A stretch of 64,000 nucleotides of DNA, taken from positions 3,691 to 67,690 of the forward strand of contig WRHR01000004.1 in assembly GCA_009783145.1 (NCBI GenBank), written 5' to 3'. Within the stretch, counting starts at the first letter, position 1, and each line of letters begins with the position of its first letter. This document shows positions 28,859 to 38,345 of the stretch, piece by piece. Under the pieces are notes generated by a model that worked only from the letters and a program-made list of their open reading frames with translations, ran no database searches and was not told where the DNA came from. Source of the stretch: Alphaproteobacteria bacterium (lineage in GTDB: Bacteria > Pseudomonadota > Alphaproteobacteria > Rs-D84). Made by a program: the position numbers and the translations under genes.

Positions 28859-28932
28859 GGCCTGGTGGCAGAGTGGTTATGCAGAGGACTGCAAATCCTT
28901 GAATGCCGGTTCGATTCCGACCCAGGCCTCCA
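28859..28932 (+). tRNA. tRNA-Cys(GCA)
   Basis: GGCCTGG..GAGGA CTGCAAA TCCTT..GGTTCGATTCC..CCAGGCCTCCA, 74 nt. Confidence 0.96.
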
Positions 28933-29109
28933 AAAATGAAACGCGCGTCAGCGCGTTTAATTTTTGGAGCCAGTCGGAATCATTTTGCAAGCAACGCGAA
29001 GCAAAATAAATCGCACCCCGGGTCCCGCGGTCGAGGTAACGTAGGCCGTGGGTGGGTTTGGCGATTTGTTGTCATTCCGGGCTTGTCCCGGAACCGACCC
29101 AGGCCCCCA
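28917..29109 (+). mobile_element. Mini element flanked by a 16-bp direct repeat of the tRNA-Cys 3' end
   Basis: ccgacccaggcctcca (28917-28932) vs ccgacccaggccccca (29094-29109); interior is stacked palindromes. Confidence 0.65.
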
Positions 29110-29143
29110 CCCTTCGCTAAAGCTACGGGCGGCAAGCCAAAAA

Positions 29144-29169
29144 TTAAAATCGCCGCAAGGCGATTTTTT
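29144..29169. terminator. Bidirectional terminator
   Basis: aaaatcgcc gcaa ggcgatttt. Confidence 0.75.
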
Positions 29170-29173
29170 ACAA

Positions 29174-29449
29174 CTATCGCTGCAGGTGAAGTTGTTCCAA
29201 CAACCAGAACCAAACTTGTTCCGGTGAAGCCGAGCAGCTATTATGTCCGGCGGTGAGAAAACGCACCTGTCCCCCGTCGACAAGCATTGCCGCCGCAATG
29301 TGCGAGCCTTTGCTTTCAGCGCGCAGCCCGGTCGCATTGATAGGATAGCCGAGATTGTGTTGCGTAACCTTTGCCCCCGCAAAAAATGCCTTGATCGAAT
29401 CAAGAGGATTGATAGAGGGTTGCTGTGGCGCTGTATATTGTATCATCAT
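29174..29449 (-). CDS. Small hypothetical protein
   Basis: ATG at 29449 with AAGG RBS and a TTGACA..TACAAT promoter upstream. Confidence 0.45.
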   Translation of the reverse strand: MMIQYTAPQQPSINPLDSIKAFFAGAKVTQHNLGYPINATGLRAESKGSHIAAAMLVDGGQVRFLTAGHNSCSASPEQVWFWLLEQLHLQR

Positions 29450-29584
29450 AATGTTGCCTTTATTTTTAATTGTACATATAGCAGATAAATTCGCGTTGTC
29501 AAGTTTTTGCAAGAAACAAAAATCGCGCCGACAGGCGCGAAGGCGCGAAGCGCAAACAAGATATTTTTCAGCAAATGTAATGAA

Positions 29585-29644
29585 TGCGGGCGGAAAAGAC
29601 GGCGTAGTGTATGAATAATACATGGGTCGTCTTTTCCGCCCGCA
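29585..29644. repeat. 17-bp perfect inverted repeat downstream of infB
   Basis: tgcgggcggaaaagacg / cgtcttttccgcccgca. Confidence 0.8.
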
Positions 29645-29667
29645 GGCATACCGGTTGGGTAATTAGT

Positions 29668-32052
29668 TTAGAGAGTGGCTTTTACATTCTCCACCTCATA
29701 ACATTCAACCCTGTCCCCCTCTTTAAGGTCATTATATTTATCGAAACTCATTCCGAATTCCGTGCCTACCCCTACTTCCTTCACTTCATTCTTTTCGCGT
29801 TTGAGCATACCTATCTTGCCGTCGTAAATCACGACATTGTCGCGCAGCAAGCGCACGAAAGCGTCTTTCTTTATCACGCCTTCGGTAACGCGGCAGCCCG
29901 CGACGCGCGTGCCCTTGCCGACCGTAAATAGTGCGATGACATCCGCGTATCCGATAAAGGTCTCGCGGCGTTCCGGCGCAAGTTTTCCCGACAGTATTTC
30001 TTTCAATTCGTCAGTAATGCGGTACACGACCGAGTGATAGCGTATATCAACATTATTCTGGCGCGCCATTTCGCGCACCGCCGCATCCGCGCGCACATTG
30101 AACGCGATAATAACCGCGCCGCTGGCGGTCGCCAAGCGTATATCGCCCTCGGTAATCTGCCCGACGCCGGCGGACAGCAAATCAATCCCCGCTTTTTCCG
30201 AGCCGACGTTTTTCAGCATATCGCGGATTGCTTCCACGCTGCCCTGCACGTCAGCGCGCAGTATAATCGGCAGCAACAGCTTTTTATTATCATCGCGTTT
30301 TGCAAACAGTTCTTCCAGCGACGAACGTTTTACAGTATTCGCGCGGTCTTTTTCTTTTTGTGCGCGATATGCAGCGACTTCGCGGGTCTGCGCCTCGTTC
30401 TCCAATACATTTAAAGTATCGCCTGCGTTCGGCACGTTTTCAAGTCCCAGAATAATTGCAGGTTGTCCGGGACCAACGGATTTTATGCGTGTGCCGGCGG
30501 AGTTTATAAGTCCGCGTATGCGGCCAAAGGTCTCGCCCACGACGAACGCATCGCCAATGCCCAGAGTTCCTTGCTGTATCAAAACAGTCGCAGTCGCGCC
30601 CAGACCTTTTTCCTGCTTGGCCTCTACCACCACACCCACTGCGGGCATGTCGGGGTCGGCTTTCAGATCCATAATGTCCGCCTGCAGCAGAATAGCGTCT
30701 TCCAATTTATCCAAGTTTATTTTCTTGGTTGCGGAAATCTCAACGGCTTGAACTTCGCCGCCCATTTCTTCCACCTGCACTTCGTATTGCAGCAAATCGG
30801 TTTTGACCTTTTGCGGGTTGGCATCGGGCAAATCTGTCTTGTTGATCGCAACAATGAACGGAACCCGTGCCGCGCGGATGTGGTTGATTGCCTCGACCGT
30901 CTGAGGCATTATGGAATCGTTCGCCGCGACCACCAGAACCACTATATCCGCCATATTCGCGCCGCGCGCGCGCATCGCCGTGAAAGTCTCGTGCCCCGGA
31001 GTATCCAGGAAAGTTATCATTTTCCCGGACTTTGATTTTACCTCGTAAGCCGACACGTGCTGAGTTATTCCGCCCGCCTCTCCGGCCGCAACATTCGCAT
31101 TGCGGAACGCGTCCAGCAGAGATGTTTTTCCATGGTCGACGTGTCCCACCACCGTAACGACTGGCGCGCGTTGTTTTAAATGTTCCGGCGTCGCTGCGCG
31201 GTTCAGTAAATCTTCATAAGGCGCATGCGATACTCGTTTTACAGTTGCGCCGAATTCCGTTGCCACCAATTCGGCCGTGTCCGCGTCGATTGCTTGGTTC
31301 TGGGACGCCATCATCCCCATTTCCATAAGTTTTTTGACGACATTTCCGACTTTCTCGGCCATGGCAGCAGCCAAGTCTTTTACGACGATCGAATCTCCCA
31401 AGACAACCTCGCGCGCGATTTTTTGCGGTTGAGTAAACATTGCGCGGGCTTTGTCGCGAAAGCGCTTCAAAGAAGCCTCGGAGCGGCGGCGATTGCTCCC
31501 CCGGATTTCGATTTCCTCTTCTTCCCCGCCGCCTATGACTATATCGTGAATGGAGATTTTTCCCTTGGAAAAATCTTTCTTTTTCTCGGCATCGCCGCCG
31601 CGTCCGCCGCGTCCGCGTTTTCTTTCTTCCGCATCATCGCGAGACGCGAGACGCGAAACGCGAGACGCGCCAACGCCCGATTCATCTCCACGCGTTTCGC
31701 GTTTCGCGTTTCGCGTCTCGTCTTCATCGGTAGCTTTCGCGCTCAGCTTTTCTTTTACGGCTTCGTATTCTTCAGACTCGCGGGCTATTTCGGCCTCGCG
31801 CGCGGCGCGGGATGCGGCGTCCGCGGCTTCGCGCAGTCTGCGATCTTCTTCTTTGGCGCGCGCGGCCTCTAAAACTGCGCGCAGCTTTTCATCGGCCGCG
31901 CTTTTGGGCGCGTTCGGCGCGCGCGGCTCGTCCCGCAGCTCCATGGATCCCGGCATAGCAACCCGACGGCGCCGTTCTACGAAAACAGCGTCGCCTTTCT
32001 TGCTTTGCACCGCATCGGTGGTAACTGATTTACCAAGTGTCAATGTTGCCAT
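29668..32052 (-). CDS. infB: Translation initiation factor IF-2
   Basis: [29 protein letters not shown]. Confidence 0.98.
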   Translation of the reverse strand: MATLTLGKSVTTDAVQSKKGDAVFVERRRRVAMPGSMELRDEPRAPNAPKSAADEKLRAVLEAARAKEEDRRLREAADAASRAAREAEIARESEEYEAVKEKLSAKATDEDETRNAKRETRGDESGVGASRVSRLASRDDAEERKRGRGGRGGDAEKKKDFSKGKISIHDIVIGGGEEEEIEIRGSNRRRSEASLKRFRDKARAMFTQPQKIAREVVLGDSIVVKDLAAAMAEKVGNVVKKLMEMGMMASQNQAIDADTAELVATEFGATVKRVSHAPYEDLLNRAATPEHLKQRAPVVTVVGHVDHGKTSLLDAFRNANVAAGEAGGITQHVSAYEVKSKSGKMITFLDTPGHETFTAMRARGANMADIVVLVVAANDSIMPQTVEAINHIRAARVPFIVAINKTDLPDANPQKVKTDLLQYEVQVEEMGGEVQAVEISATKKINLDKLEDAILLQADIMDLKADPDMPAVGVVVEAKQEKGLGATATVLIQQGTLGIGDAFVVGETFGRIRGLINSAGTRIKSVGPGQPAIILGLENVPNAGDTLNVLENEAQTREVAAYRAQKEKDRANTVKRSSLEELFAKRDDNKKLLLPIILRADVQGSVEAIRDMLKNVGSEKAGIDLLSAGVGQITEGDIRLATASGAVIIAFNVRADAAVREMARQNNVDIRYHSVVYRITDELKEILSGKLAPERRETFIGYADVIALFTVGKGTRVAGCRVTEGVIKKDAFVRLLRDNVVIYDGKIGMLKREKNEVKEVGVGTEFGMSFDKYNDLKEGDRVECYEVENVKATL
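31640..31720. repeat. In-frame inverted heptamer pair (CGAGACG)x4 / (CGTTTCG)x4 in infB
   Basis: 81 bp; encodes [27 protein letters not shown]. Confidence 0.9.
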
Positions 32053-32075
32053 AAAAAATTACTCCGTAATTTTTT

Positions 32076-32157
32076 AAGTTATAAATTATAAGTTATAAGT
32101 TATAATCATTCGGCGTTGCGCGGAATATTATAACTTACCCTTTATAACTTATAACTT
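32076..32157. repeat. Inverted AAGTTAT array pair with conserved core, nusA-infB spacer
   Basis: Core ttcggcgttgcgcgg. Confidence 0.9.
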
Positions 32158-32162
32158 TTTTA

Positions 32163-33719
32163 CTATTCCTCGTCCTGCGTTATTCCGAACGCGACTTCGC
32201 GCGCCTTCATTATGATGCGCGACGCCAGACGCCCGGACATATTGTCTTCGCCCAAGATTTCTATCAGCTCGTCAGACGCCAAGTCGGCCAAATCTTCCAG
32301 GCTCTGTATCCCCGCCTCGCCCAGCTTCATTATAGTTGGGCGTTTCACAAAGTCAAAGCGCAGCAGGTCGTCTTTCATCCCCAGCTTGTGTCCTTCGTCC
32401 AGATAGTCCTGTTCTATCTTTTCCAGATAAGTCTTCGCGCGGTTCTGCAACTCGGTCGCAATTTCCGCGTTAAAGCCCTCGATAGTCTCCAATTCGCGCA
32501 GCTCTACGAATGCGACTTCCTCTATCGTGCGGAAGCCTTCGGTTATCAGCAAATGCGCGATCATCTCATCAACGTCCAGGCCCTTTATAAACAGCTCGGT
32601 CTTTTCTTTAAACTCGCGACTACGGCGTTCCTGTTCTTCCTGCTCGTTCATAACGTCGATATTCCAGCCCGTCAGCTGAGACGCCAAGCGAACATTCTGT
32701 CCGCGTCGGCCGATAGCCAAGGATTGCTGGTCTTCGTTCACCACAACCGCAGCGGTATGGGTGTCTTCGTCCACTATGATTTTCGCAACCTTTGCCGGCT
32801 GCATGGAATTGACGATAAATACTGCCGGATCCTCGGAATACAGAATCACGTCGATCTTTTCGCCATGGCATTCGTTGATGACCGGCTGTATGCGGGTTCC
32901 CTTTATACCAACCGTCATGCCGACCGCGTCGATGGACGGGTCGTCCGTGGTGACCGCAATCTTGGCATGAGAGCCGGGAGCGCGGGCAACGGACTTGATT
33001 TTAATAACGCCTTCGTAAATTTCCGGCACTTCCTGGACGAATAGTTTTTCCATGAACATCGGATGAGTCCTGGTCAGGAATATCTGCGGGCCGCTGTTGC
33101 TGCGCGCCACATCCATAATCAGCGCACGCACACGGTCGCCGGCGCTCAGGCGCTCGCCCGGTATCAGTTCCGTTCCCTTGATGTATCCTTCGGCCTTGCC
33201 GTTGATATCGACGAAGACGTTTCCGAATTCTATGCGTTTCACGATGCCGTTCACTATATCGCCGATGTTGTCCTTAAATTCTTCATATTGGCGACCTTTT
33301 TCTGCGTCCCTAACGCGCGCGGTCATAATCTGACGCGCGGTCTGAAACGCCATGCGGCCGAATTCCGGTTCGGGCAGCTGATCTTCCACCTGATCGCCGA
33401 CCTTGGGGTCCGGCGCGTATTTCTTCGCCTGCGCCACGGTCAGCATTGTGTTGGAGTTGTACAAAGGCTCTCCCAGTTCGTCCATACCGACGGATTCCGG
33501 AGACTCTATGACATCGAATAAGCGCCGGACGCGGATCGCGCCGTTTTTATGGTCTATGTCGGCGACGATATTGAATTCTTCGCCGTATTTCTGCTTGGCG
33601 ATTTTGGCGATTGCAGCCTCTAAACTTTCGAACACGATCTCGCGGTCGATCTGCTTTTCTTGCGCTAAGCTTTCAATAGCCAACAGCAAATCCTGACGCG
33701 GCATAGACACGAATGACAT
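32163..33719 (-). CDS. nusA: Transcription termination factor NusA
   Basis: FGRMAFQTARQ, S1 and KH domains, AIGRRGQNVRLAS. Confidence 0.98.
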   Translation of the reverse strand: MSFVSMPRQDLLLAIESLAQEKQIDREIVFESLEAAIAKIAKQKYGEEFNIVADIDHKNGAIRVRRLFDVIESPESVGMDELGEPLYNSNTMLTVAQAKKYAPDPKVGDQVEDQLPEPEFGRMAFQTARQIMTARVRDAEKGRQYEEFKDNIGDIVNGIVKRIEFGNVFVDINGKAEGYIKGTELIPGERLSAGDRVRALIMDVARSNSGPQIFLTRTHPMFMEKLFVQEVPEIYEGVIKIKSVARAPGSHAKIAVTTDDPSIDAVGMTVGIKGTRIQPVINECHGEKIDVILYSEDPAVFIVNSMQPAKVAKIIVDEDTHTAAVVVNEDQQSLAIGRRGQNVRLASQLTGWNIDVMNEQEEQERRSREFKEKTELFIKGLDVDEMIAHLLITEGFRTIEEVAFVELRELETIEGFNAEIATELQNRAKTYLEKIEQDYLDEGHKLGMKDDLLRFDFVKRPTIMKLGEAGIQSLEDLADLASDELIEILGEDNMSGRLASRIIMKAREVAFGITQDEE

Positions 33720-33734
33720 TTTTTACTCCTTTAT

Positions 33735-33800
33735 GTGCAAGTGAATGTGCAGGTGCGGGTGTTTTTCATATTTGTACTTCACCTGCACTTGCACTTTCAC
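33735..33800. repeat. Inverted hexamer array pair (GTGCAR)n / (YTGCAC)n upstream of nusA
   Basis: gtgcaa gtgaat gtgcag gtgcgg ... ctgcac ttgcac tttcac. Confidence 0.75.
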
Positions 33801-33930
33801 GAAAAAAGCGGAACTTTTTCAAGTCCGCCTTAAATATTTATTAAAGACATATTGATTTTATACACCGAATCGTGGAAAATCAAGAAAAATATGATATAAT
33901 TATCATTCGACGGGAATGTAGGAAAAGTTC

Positions 33931-35280
33931 ATGAAGAAATCATTTATCTATGCTCTATGCTCTATGCTCTATGCTCTGCCGGCAAATGCCGCAAGCGACT
34001 GCGCGTCGCGCCGAATAGTGCCGGACGGGACGCTGGACCTGCAGCAGGTCGTAGAGCTGGGGCTGTGCCGCAATCCGCAGACGGCCGCTGCGTATCTGTC
34101 GGCCGAATCCGCGAGATTGTCCAAGAATACCGGCTATGCGCCATACCTGCCGTCGGTGGATGCTTCCGTTTCCGCGACGAAGCGGCTGCGCAACAAGCAA
34201 TGGAGCGATATACAATCCGGGGCGGCGCTGTCGGCCAGTTGGCTGATATTCGACTTTGGCAAGCGTTTGGCGGACTTGAATCAAATGGCGGCGGTCTGGC
34301 GCGCTACGGGATTCGATTACAGCAATACGGTCCAGAATTACGTCTATGAAATCGTGGCGGCCTATTACGGAATGCTGAGCACGGATGCGGAAGTAAGGGC
34401 GTCCACGGACTTGGTTGCGGTCGCGCGCGTGGCGAAAGATACCGCGGATAAAAAATTCAAGGCCGGCGCGGTGGCCAAGGCCGATGTGCTGAAGGCGGAT
34501 ACTATGCTGGCCTCCCGCGAATTAGAGCTGCAGCGCGCGCTGGGAAATCGCGAAATCGCAAAAGGCCGTCTGCTTTATCTGCTATCGTTCCCCCAGGAAC
34601 AGGAATTAAAAATCGCTGACATGCCGGCAAAATTCGGCGGACAAGCGGAATTCAAGACAATATCGGAATTGATTGAAACTGCGCGGCGGCAGCGCCCGGA
34701 TCTGCTGTCGGCGGAAGAATCTTCGAATGCGGCCTGGCACAGGCGCAATTCAGCTTTTTTGAGAAATCTGCCCTCTATCTCGGCATCCGGCCAGTTGTCT
34801 TATGATTTTGACAACAACTATGACGATTACGGCGCGGGCCCCAACGACAGGCTGGGGGCAAGCATTGGCATCCGCGCGTCGATGCCTATATTCGCGGGAT
34901 TTTCCAATGTCTATAACCTGCGCGCGCGCCAAGCCGATTACGAGCGCGCGAAAGAACAACAGCGCGCCAAGGAAGACTTTGTGGCGATGGACATCTGGAC
35001 GGCATATCAGAACTATCAGACCGCGCAAAAGGTATTGGAGCAGACGGATGCGTTGCTGAAGTCCGCGACCGAGTCCGAGCGCGTGGTAAGCGGAATGTAC
35101 AAGGTCGGTCGCGCGACTATGCTGGATTGGCAGACCCAGCAGGCGGAACTGGCATCCGCGCAGAGGCAGAATATCACGGCGCGGTATGACTTGTATATCA
35201 AGCGTGCGGCGCTGGCGCTTGCGGCCGGGGAACTGAAAGAGAATCTGGAGACTGGTAAAGAAAATGGCGAAGAAAATTAA
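33931..35280 (+). CDS. TolC family outer membrane efflux protein
   Basis: Signal peptide, two OEP repeats (YLPSV, FKAG; LPSI, YKVG). Confidence 0.9.
   Translation: MKKSFIYALCSMLYALPANAASDCASRRIVPDGTLDLQQVVELGLCRNPQTAAAYLSAESARLSKNTGYAPYLPSVDASVSATKRLRNKQWSDIQSGAALSASWLIFDFGKRLADLNQMAAVWRATGFDYSNTVQNYVYEIVAAYYGMLSTDAEVRASTDLVAVARVAKDTADKKFKAGAVAKADVLKADTMLASRELELQRALGNREIAKGRLLYLLSFPQEQELKIADMPAKFGGQAEFKTISELIETARRQRPDLLSAEESSNAAWHRRNSAFLRNLPSISASGQLSYDFDNNYDDYGAGPNDRLGASIGIRASMPIFAGFSNVYNLRARQADYERAKEQQRAKEDFVAMDIWTAYQNYQTAQKVLEQTDALLKSATESERVVSGMYKVGRATMLDWQTQQAELASAQRQNITARYDLYIKRAALALAAGELKENLETGKENGEEN
33947..33974 (+). repeat. (TCTATGC)x4 forming the TolC signal peptide core
   Basis: Four perfect units; encodes IYALCSMLYA. 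Confidence 0.9.
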
Positions 35281-36223
35281 AGTTGTTTTGGATTACTTGG
35301 GCGAGATAGAAAAACACGCATTGGCGCAATTGCCGGCATCACGGTTCGAGCTGGTCCGCGCCAAACGCGTAAAGAAAGACGAAGCGGAGCGCAAGGCCAA
35401 TCTTGCGGGCGCGGATGCGGTATATTTCCGCGGAGATGATTTTTATTCCGACTTTGTTCTGCGCGGGAACCCAAACCTTAAACTGGCGGTGTATGGCGGA
35501 ACGGGATATCAGCAATATATTGACGTCGATGCGGCCACGAAACATGGAATCGCGGTTATCGCGACCCCGGGCCTGAATGCGAATGCCGTCGCCGAGTATG
35601 CCGTCGCAATGGCGCTGGACGCGGTGCGCAAGGTTTCGTTTTACAACTCCGATATAAAGAATGGCAAGAAAAAAATCCTGGTTACAAACGAGATAAGCGC
35701 GCTTAAAATCGGGCTTATCGGGCATGGAAACATCAACCGCAGGGTGGACGCGATTTTTCAGGGCGGCTTTGGCGCGGATGTCAGATTCTGGGACTATGCG
35801 GACAAAACTTCTACGCCTTTGAATAGAATCTTGAAAGAAAGCGATATTGTTATAATCGCGATAACGGAAAACGCGCAGACTCGGGGTTTTCTGAACAAAG
35901 CGCGGATCGCGATGATGAAGAAAGGCGCGGTATTGATAAACCCGGCGCGCCCCGGACTGGTTGATGCCAATGCTTTATACGCCGCGCTGAAATCGGAAAA
36001 GCTGTCCGCGGCGGCGTTTGATGGTATGCCGGAAGGTAGCATACGCGCGAAGCTGCTGGCCCTGTCGGACGATAGGTTTATCGCCAGCCCGCATATCGCG
36101 GCGCGCACGCTCCAGGCGCTGCATGCCACCGATATGGCGGCGCTGAAAAGCATCGCGGAGTTTTTTAAGACCGGAAAGTCGAAGCTGATAATAAATCCGG
36201 AGTATAAAAAATTTACGATTTAA
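35264..36223 (+). CDS. D-2-hydroxyacid dehydrogenase family protein
   Basis: NANAVAEY, GLIGHGNI, LINPARPGLVD, SPHIA. Confidence 0.85.
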   Translation: MAKKIKVVLDYLGEIEKHALAQLPASRFELVRAKRVKKDEAERKANLAGADAVYFRGDDFYSDFVLRGNPNLKLAVYGGTGYQQYIDVDAATKHGIAVIATPGLNANAVAEYAVAMALDAVRKVSFYNSDIKNGKKKILVTNEISALKIGLIGHGNINRRVDAIFQGGFGADVRFWDYADKTSTPLNRILKESDIVIIAITENAQTRGFLNKARIAMMKKGAVLINPARPGLVDANALYAALKSEKLSAAAFDGMPEGSIRAKLLALSDDRFIASPHIAARTLQALHATDMAALKSIAEFFKTGKSKLIINPEYKKFTI

Positions 36224-36277
36224 GATTTGCGATTTACGATTTGTTGGGAGTAAAATCGTAATTCGTAAATCGTAAAT
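36211..36277. repeat. Inverted ATTTACG/AAATCGT pair, loop GTTGGGAGTA
   Basis: Contains the dehydrogenase stop codon. Confidence 0.9.
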
Positions 36278-36294
36278 AATGGCAGGAGAGAGAA

Positions 36295-37536
36295 ATGAAA
36301 AAATTTAGTTTTAAGAAATTATTCGAAAAAATCTGGCTTCGGAAATGGTGGATCATAGTCGGGCTTTGCGCCGTTCTGGCCGGACTGTATTTTTACGGCG
36401 GCCCCGCCAAGAAAAACGACGGACAGTTCGCGACCGTTCCGATTACTCGCGGCAACCTGAAGCAAGTGGTGACCGCGACCGGCGAAATCCGTCCTGTGAA
36501 TACCATCAAGGTGGGATCCCAGGTTTCCGGAATAATAGAAGAGATTTTCGTCGATTATAACGATGTCGTGAAAAAAGGCGATATCCTGTTGAAAATAGAC
36601 CCGTCGGTCCTGCAGGCCAGGGTGGACGAGACCAAGGCCGCGCTTGAATCGGCCGAGGCCCAGGCGCGCAAAGCCGCGTCGGATTATACGCGCTCGCGCA
36701 CGTTGTTTGCGGACGGTTTTATCGCTCGCGCCGAGTTGGAGAATGACGAGACTAATTTCAAGACTTCCGAACAGCGAGTGAATCAGGCAAAGTCTCAGCA
36801 CGAACAGGCAATGACCAATCTGGGCTATGCGACGATCACCAGCCCTGTCGACGGCACCGTGATTTCGCGCAAGGTGGATAAAGGCCAAACGGTTGCCGCG
36901 TCGTTCCAAGCGCCTGACTTATTCGAAATCGCCGAAGACTTGTCGAAGATGCAGATTCAAACATCCGTTTCCGAAGCCGACATAGGCATGATAAAAGTCG
37001 GCCAGTCCGTCACATTCACCGTCGACGCGTACCCGTCCCAGACTTTTGTCGGCGCGGTCCAGCAGATACGCCTTTCGCCTACGACCACCAGCAATGTCGT
37101 GGTCTATACCGTGGTTATCGACGTTGATAACTCCGACCTGCGCCTGATGCCCGGAATGACGGCTTTCGTGACGATAGTAGTGGAAGAGAAGAATGACGTA
37201 TGGAAGGCCGCGAATGCCGGATTCCTGGTTCGCGACCTTAAATCCTTGTCCGAAGACCCGCGCGTGCAATCCGGGGATATGACCGGACGCAATACTTTGC
37301 TGATTCAAAGGGACGCCGATAAGGGAAAACCGGAAATGATATTAATACCTTATAAAAAGGGCTTGGTCGCGGCCACCGAGACCGAGATAGTGCCGGAAGG
37401 CGATGCGGCGCTTAAAGCCGGCGATAGGGTCGTAACCGGCAAGCTGGGCCAGCAGTCCAATGCTACCGGCGGGCAGCAATTCGGCGCTCGCCAGGGGGGC
37501 ATGGGCGGCGGTATGGGCGGGGGCAGAGGCAGATAA
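36295..37536 (+). CDS. MacA-like efflux periplasmic adaptor
   Basis: VGSQVSG, ITSPVDG, GQTVAAS, VSEADIG, LMPGMTA. Confidence 0.92.
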   Translation: MKKFSFKKLFEKIWLRKWWIIVGLCAVLAGLYFYGGPAKKNDGQFATVPITRGNLKQVVTATGEIRPVNTIKVGSQVSGIIEEIFVDYNDVVKKGDILLKIDPSVLQARVDETKAALESAEAQARKAASDYTRSRTLFADGFIARAELENDETNFKTSEQRVNQAKSQHEQAMTNLGYATITSPVDGTVISRKVDKGQTVAASFQAPDLFEIAEDLSKMQIQTSVSEADIGMIKVGQSVTFTVDAYPSQTFVGAVQQIRLSPTTTSNVVVYTVVIDVDNSDLRLMPGMTAFVTIVVEEKNDVWKAANAGFLVRDLKSLSEDPRVQSGDMTGRNTLLIQRDADKGKPEMILIPYKKGLVAATETEIVPEGDAALKAGDRVVTGKLGQQSNATGGQQFGARQGGMGGGMGGGRGR

Positions 37537-38255
37537 TGTCTAAAGAACCTCTAATCATTTCGCTGCAGAAAATCAACAAAAGCTTTCCCATGGAAGTGGG
37601 GGGAGAACAACAGGTCCTGTTTGACGTCAATTTTGACATCCGCGCCGGCGAATTCGTATCGATCATGGGGCCGTCGGGGTCGGGAAAATCTACTTGCATG
37701 AATATCATCGGCGCGCTGGATACGCCGTCAAGCGGAACTTATAAGCTTTATGGCAACGACATCACCAACATGACCTCGGACGAGCTGGCGATAGCCCGCA
37801 ACGAATATATCGGCTTTGTGTTTCAGAACTTTAACCTGCTGACCAAGCGCAGCGTTCTGGACAATGTCATGCTGCCTCTGATATATCGCGGAATGTCTCC
37901 GGACGAGCGCGCGCGGCGCGCGCGCAAGATGATCGACGCCGTGGGCCTTGAAAAGTTCGAATCCTATCTGCCGACGCAGCTATCGGGCGGAATGCGCCAG
38001 AGGGTCGCGATCGCGAGGGCGCTTGCCGGAGAGCCGAAATTGATACTCGCGGACGAGCCCACCGGGAATCTCGACAGCAAGATGGGGCATGAAATCCTGG
38101 AGATGTTCAAAAAGCTGAACAAGGATCTGGGGATAACGATAATAATGATTACGCACGAGTTCGATATAGCGAAACATACGCGGCGCCTGATTCATATCCG
38201 CGACGGCCGCATAACGCACGATGGTCCGGTACCGAAGGACGATAGGAAGTTATAA
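37536..38255 (+). CDS. MacB-like ABC ATPase
   Basis: GPSGSGKST, LSGGMRQR, ADEPTGNLD. Confidence 0.95.
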   Translation: MSKEPLIISLQKINKSFPMEVGGEQQVLFDVNFDIRAGEFVSIMGPSGSGKSTCMNIIGALDTPSSGTYKLYGNDITNMTSDELAIARNEYIGFVFQNFNLLTKRSVLDNVMLPLIYRGMSPDERARRARKMIDAVGLEKFESYLPTQLSGGMRQRVAIARALAGEPKLILADEPTGNLDSKMGHEILEMFKKLNKDLGITIIMITHEFDIAKHTRRLIHIRDGRITHDGPVPKDDRKL

Positions 38256-38327
38256 AGGATAAGTTATAAGTTATAATGTATCGAGCCGCGCCGAATTATT
38301 ATAACTTATCCTTTATAACTTATAACT
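38247..38327. repeat. Inverted AAGTTAT/AAAGGAT pair with conserved core
   Basis: Core tcgagccgcgccgaa; contains the ATPase stop codon. Confidence 0.9.
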
Positions 38328-38345
38328 AAAAATGCGGAGCATTTT

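Noticed and set aside
28821..29403. ORFs overlapping tRNA-Cys and the palindrome cluster
   Set aside because: Spurious frames through an RNA gene and GC-rich repeats.
37490..37530. GGC/ATG repeats at the macA 3' end
   Set aside because: An ordinary Gly/Met-rich tail common in this family.
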